Below are positions 21,713 to 24,000 of a stretch of 24,000 nt of DNA, one piece after another. Made by a program: the position numbers and the translations under genes. The stretch comes from Desulfurococcales archaeon (GTDB lineage Archaea; Thermoproteota; Thermoprotei_A; Sulfolobales; NBVN01). The notes beneath the pieces were generated by a model. It ran no database searches. It saw only the letters and a list, made by a program, of their open reading frames with translations, and was not told where the DNA came from. Numbering within the stretch: the stretch's first letter is position 1; every line of letters starts with the position of its first letter. The DNA is taken from assembly GCA_015521325.1 (NCBI GenBank), contig WAOK01000023.1, positions 4,438 through 28,437 of the forward strand. Reading direction: 5' to 3'.

Positions 21713-23056
21713 ATGTCGAACCTACTGATTCGCGGGGGCAACGTTGTCACGCCTTGGGGGCTTATCGAGGGCGACGTCCTCATAGTTGAAGGGAAGATAA
21801 GGGCCGTCGGGAAGGGCCTCCCGGCAGGGGGTGCCAAGGTAGTCGATGCCACCAATAAATTAGTGCTTCCGGGCGCCGTGGACGAGCATGTCCATATGAG
21901 GGAGCCTGGGCTCCTGCATAAGGACGACTTCACCCACGGAACGATGGCGGCCGCTGCCGGCGGCGTAACCACCGTGGGCGAGATGCCCAACACCTTGCCC
22001 CCGGTCAAAAATAGGGAGATCCTCGAGGAGAAGGCGAGGCTCCTGTCGAGCAAGGCCTACGTGGACTTCGGGCTATGGGGCGTTCTCACGAGAGGGAACG
22101 CGGCGGATGTTGAGGACATGATTAAGGCTGGTGCCGTGGGTGTTAAGGCGTTTCTGGGCCCGACAACGGGCAATATACCGCCGCCGAGCAATCAGGACAT
22201 GCTCGCTGCGCTGGAGATATCGGCTGAGCTCTGGTTCCCGATAGCGATCCATGGCGAGGACGCTGAAATCGTTGATTACTACATGAAGAAAATGAAGGCA
22301 ACAGGTAGGAACGATCCTGCCGTATGGCCTGAGGCAAGGCCGCCGGAGGCTGAGGAGGCTGCTGCGTGGCTCGCTTACTCCCTCGCTAAGGCGAGCGGTG
22401 GCTGGATACACATAGTCCACATAGGTGCTGCTGAGGTTCTTGAGGCCCTAGCTAAGGCCGCTGCCGAGGGCATTAACCTGACTGGTGAGACATGCCCGCA
22501 CTACCTCATACTCGATATAGAAGACTACAGCAAGTACGGCAACGCTATGAAGGTGAACCCGCCTGTTAGGGGCGGTCACCATAAGGAGGAACTCATGGAG
22601 GCTGTCAGGACAGGGCTCATACAGGTTGTCGCATCCGACCACGCCCCCCACGCCCCCGAGGAGAAGAACAGGCCTGTATGGGAGGCTGCCTCAGGGTTCT
22701 CTGGGACCCAGACACTGTACCCATCGATGATTGACCTAGCCCTAAAGGGCGAGCTAAGTATCGAGGACGTTGTTAGGCTAGTTGCTGAGTCCCCGGCCAA
22801 GGTGCTCGGTCTCTGGCCCAGGAAGGGAGGGATCCTGCCAGGTGCTGACGGCGATGTCGTGATCATTGACCCTAAGGGCGAGACTGTGGTTACTGAGGAA
22901 TGGTTCAGGAGTAGGTCTAAGGTGACGCCATTCATGGGCTGGAGATTTAGGGGCTCAATCGATTACACGATACTCCGTGGCGAGATCATATATGAGAAAG
23001 GCGAGATAATATCCGGCCCGACGGGGAGATGGGTCAAACCATTGAGAGAGCGATGA
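21713..23056 (+). CDS. pyrC: Dihydroorotase (cyclic amidohydrolase superfamily)
   Basis: LPGAVDEHVHMREPGLLHKDDFTHGTMAAAAGGVTTVGEMPNT matches the class I dihydroorotase signature (D-x-H-V-H-x-R-E-P-G...MPNT). VASDHAPH is also present. I prefer the start at MSNLLIRGGNVV, because the upstream extension (21581-21712) is CGG-rich and looks non-coding. Confidence 0.7.
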   Translation: MSNLLIRGGNVVTPWGLIEGDVLIVEGKIRAVGKGLPAGGAKVVDATNKLVLPGAVDEHVHMREPGLLHKDDFTHGTMAAAAGGVTTVGEMPNTLPPVKNREILEEKARLLSSKAYVDFGLWGVLTRGNAADVEDMIKAGAVGVKAFLGPTTGNIPPPSNQDMLAALEISAELWFPIAIHGEDAEIVDYYMKKMKATGRNDPAVWPEARPPEAEEAAAWLAYSLAKASGGWIHIVHIGAAEVLEALAKAAAEGINLTGETCPHYLILDIEDYSKYGNAMKVNPPVRGGHHKEELMEAVRTGLIQVVASDHAPHAPEEKNRPVWEAASGFSGTQTLYPSMIDLALKGELSIEDVVRLVAESPAKVLGLWPRKGGILPGADGDVVIIDPKGETVVTEEWFRSRSKVTPFMGWRFRGSIDYTILRGEIIYEKGEIISGPTGRWVKPLRER

Positions 23057-23075
23057 TTGCGTGTTGTAAACATCA

Positions 23076-23081
23076 TTTTTT
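23076..23081 (+). terminator. T6 run after pyrC
   Basis: TTTTTT lies 20 nt after the stop codon. Confidence 0.4.
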
Positions 23082-23136
23082 GCCCTGACGATATCAGATT
23101 AATATTATCGGGGTACCAAGAAGATAGGGTGTTATT

Positions 23137-24000
23137 GTGTCATCACCCAGCGCAGGCTACGGTCATGCTACGGAGGTCAGTCTGGAGCAAATAGCCAAGT
23201 ATGCCGTGATAGCGCTTATAGTGGCGGTAATCCTTCATGGTATATCCGTGATGATTAGTGGAGGGATCCTTGTCTGGTGGGGTACTAGGCCGTTCGCTCC
23301 AGCCAGGTTAATAGGGGCCGGGGTCATGTCCATAATAGCGGCGTTCGCCGAGATAGGGGCTGCCTTCCTCCTTCTTTTGCCCGTGATTAGTGGGGAGGGA
23401 TTGCCTAGGAAAGAGGACGTGCTCTCTGGGGCCGGGAGGTATACGTTGCTATACTACTTAGTTTTAGGGTACTTCTTCCTCGCCGGACTAGCGTACACTA
23501 TAGCTGGGGTGTATCTTGCGGGCATCTCCCTGATAGTGGCATCGATATTCTTTGCGCTGGTATTCGTTGCCTGGCGCGGCATGTTCGCGATGCCGCCGAT
23601 GGTAGTGGCGATCTTCATGGTGATAGCCGGCGTCCTCTTCTCAATATACGGGTTCGCCACCCTCGACATCTCCCTAGGCATGGAGGCTGGAGTACTCGGG
23701 CTGGGCGCAATATTCGTCGGCATATACTATCTACTGATCAACATGGGCGTTAGGAACCCAGGACTGGAGAAGGCCATGTATTACATAGTGATAATGACGG
23801 GTGAGATCGGGTTCATTGTCGGCGGCATAGGCGGGTTCGTGTCGATAGCTAGGGGAACCGCTTGGGTAGGTGCCTTCATTGCTGTGTCAGTGTTCACGCT
23901 ACTTTACGGCATAGCTGCGCTGATCGGTGGCCTGATAGCGTTTCTGTACACGGTTAAGCAAGCGCTCGCAGAGATCTCTGCAGGGAGTCCGCCTCCTGCC
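23137..24000 (+). CDS. Polytopic membrane protein, unknown function (3' end off window)
   Basis: My own translation gives an uninterrupted frame from the GTG at 23137 (first start after the in-frame TAG at 23125-23127) to 24000. It encodes 288 codons that are mostly hydrophobic helices (..YAVIALIVAVILHGISVMISGGILVWW.., ..LLYYLVLGYFFLAGLAYTIAGVYLAGISLIVASIFFALVFVAW..). It is missing from the ORF track because it is open-ended. Confidence 0.6.
   Translation, partial: MSSPSAGYGHATEVSLEQIAKYAVIALIVAVILHGISVMISGGILVWWGTRPFAPARLIGAGVMSIIAAFAEIGAAFLLLLPVISGEGLPRKEDVLSGAGRYTLLYYLVLGYFFLAGLAYTIAGVYLAGISLIVASIFFALVFVAWRGMFAMPPMVVAIFMVIAGVLFSIYGFATLDISLGMEAGVLGLGAIFVGIYYLLINMGVRNPGLEKAMYYIVIMTGEIGFIVGGIGGFVSIARGTAWVGAFIAVSVFTLLYGIAALIGGLIAFLYTVKQALAEISAGSPPPA

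Noticed and set aside
1-24000. Search for CRISPR repeats, IS elements, integrase genes, long direct or inverted repeats, and rRNA/tRNA genes.
   Set aside because: Reading both strands by eye, I recognised none. The only transposase-like hint is the isolated double-HTH protein at 1765-2085, which has no catalytic domain or terminal repeats.

Overview
The window is a densely packed archaeal chromosomal segment with about 29 protein-coding genes. Features pointing to a hyperthermophilic crenarchaeon (an inference from sequence style only): AGG/AGA arginine and ATA isoleucine codon preference, many GTG/TTG starts, TATA-like boxes about 25-35 nt upstream of starts, T-run terminators, and archaeal lipid genes. 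I found no rRNA, tRNA, CRISPR array or recognisable IS/transposase. Genes called from motifs visible in the translations: THEP1-like NTPase (partial), alkaline-phosphatase-family enzyme, double-HTH protein, SufS-type cysteine desulfurase coupled to a CPAC thioredoxin-fold protein, HTH+ThiN (ThiR-like) regulator, DHH phosphoesterase followed by NucS/EndoMS, FolE, a bactofilin overlapping an M48-like membrane protease, and a small membrane protein + coiled-coil protein + YdjI/COG4260-type SPFH protein with a fused double zinc ribbon. Further along: Tes-like radical SAM tetraether lipid synthase convergent with geranylgeranyl reductase, a small ORF coupled to a double cross-brace zinc-finger protein, processive GT2 glycosyltransferase overlapping glycerate 2-kinase, a B12-domain radical SAM enzyme, a Pol-beta-type nucleotidyltransferase, three mutually overlapping ORFs ending in a JAMM/MPN+ protease, dihydroorotase, and a partial polytopic membrane protein. 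The ORF track cannot show two items: a textbook C/D box sRNA at 14519-14571 (+), antisense to the 3' end of the GT2 gene, and a roughly 140-nt GC-rich, highly self-complementary element at 21531-21672. The best candidates for undescribed systems are the bactofilin/M48 and coiled-coil/SPFH-zinc-ribbon membrane cluster (7.3-10.5 kb), the overlapping JAMM trio (20.1-21.5 kb), and the zinc-finger pair next to the sRNA. All family assignments come from motif reading only; no database search was possible.
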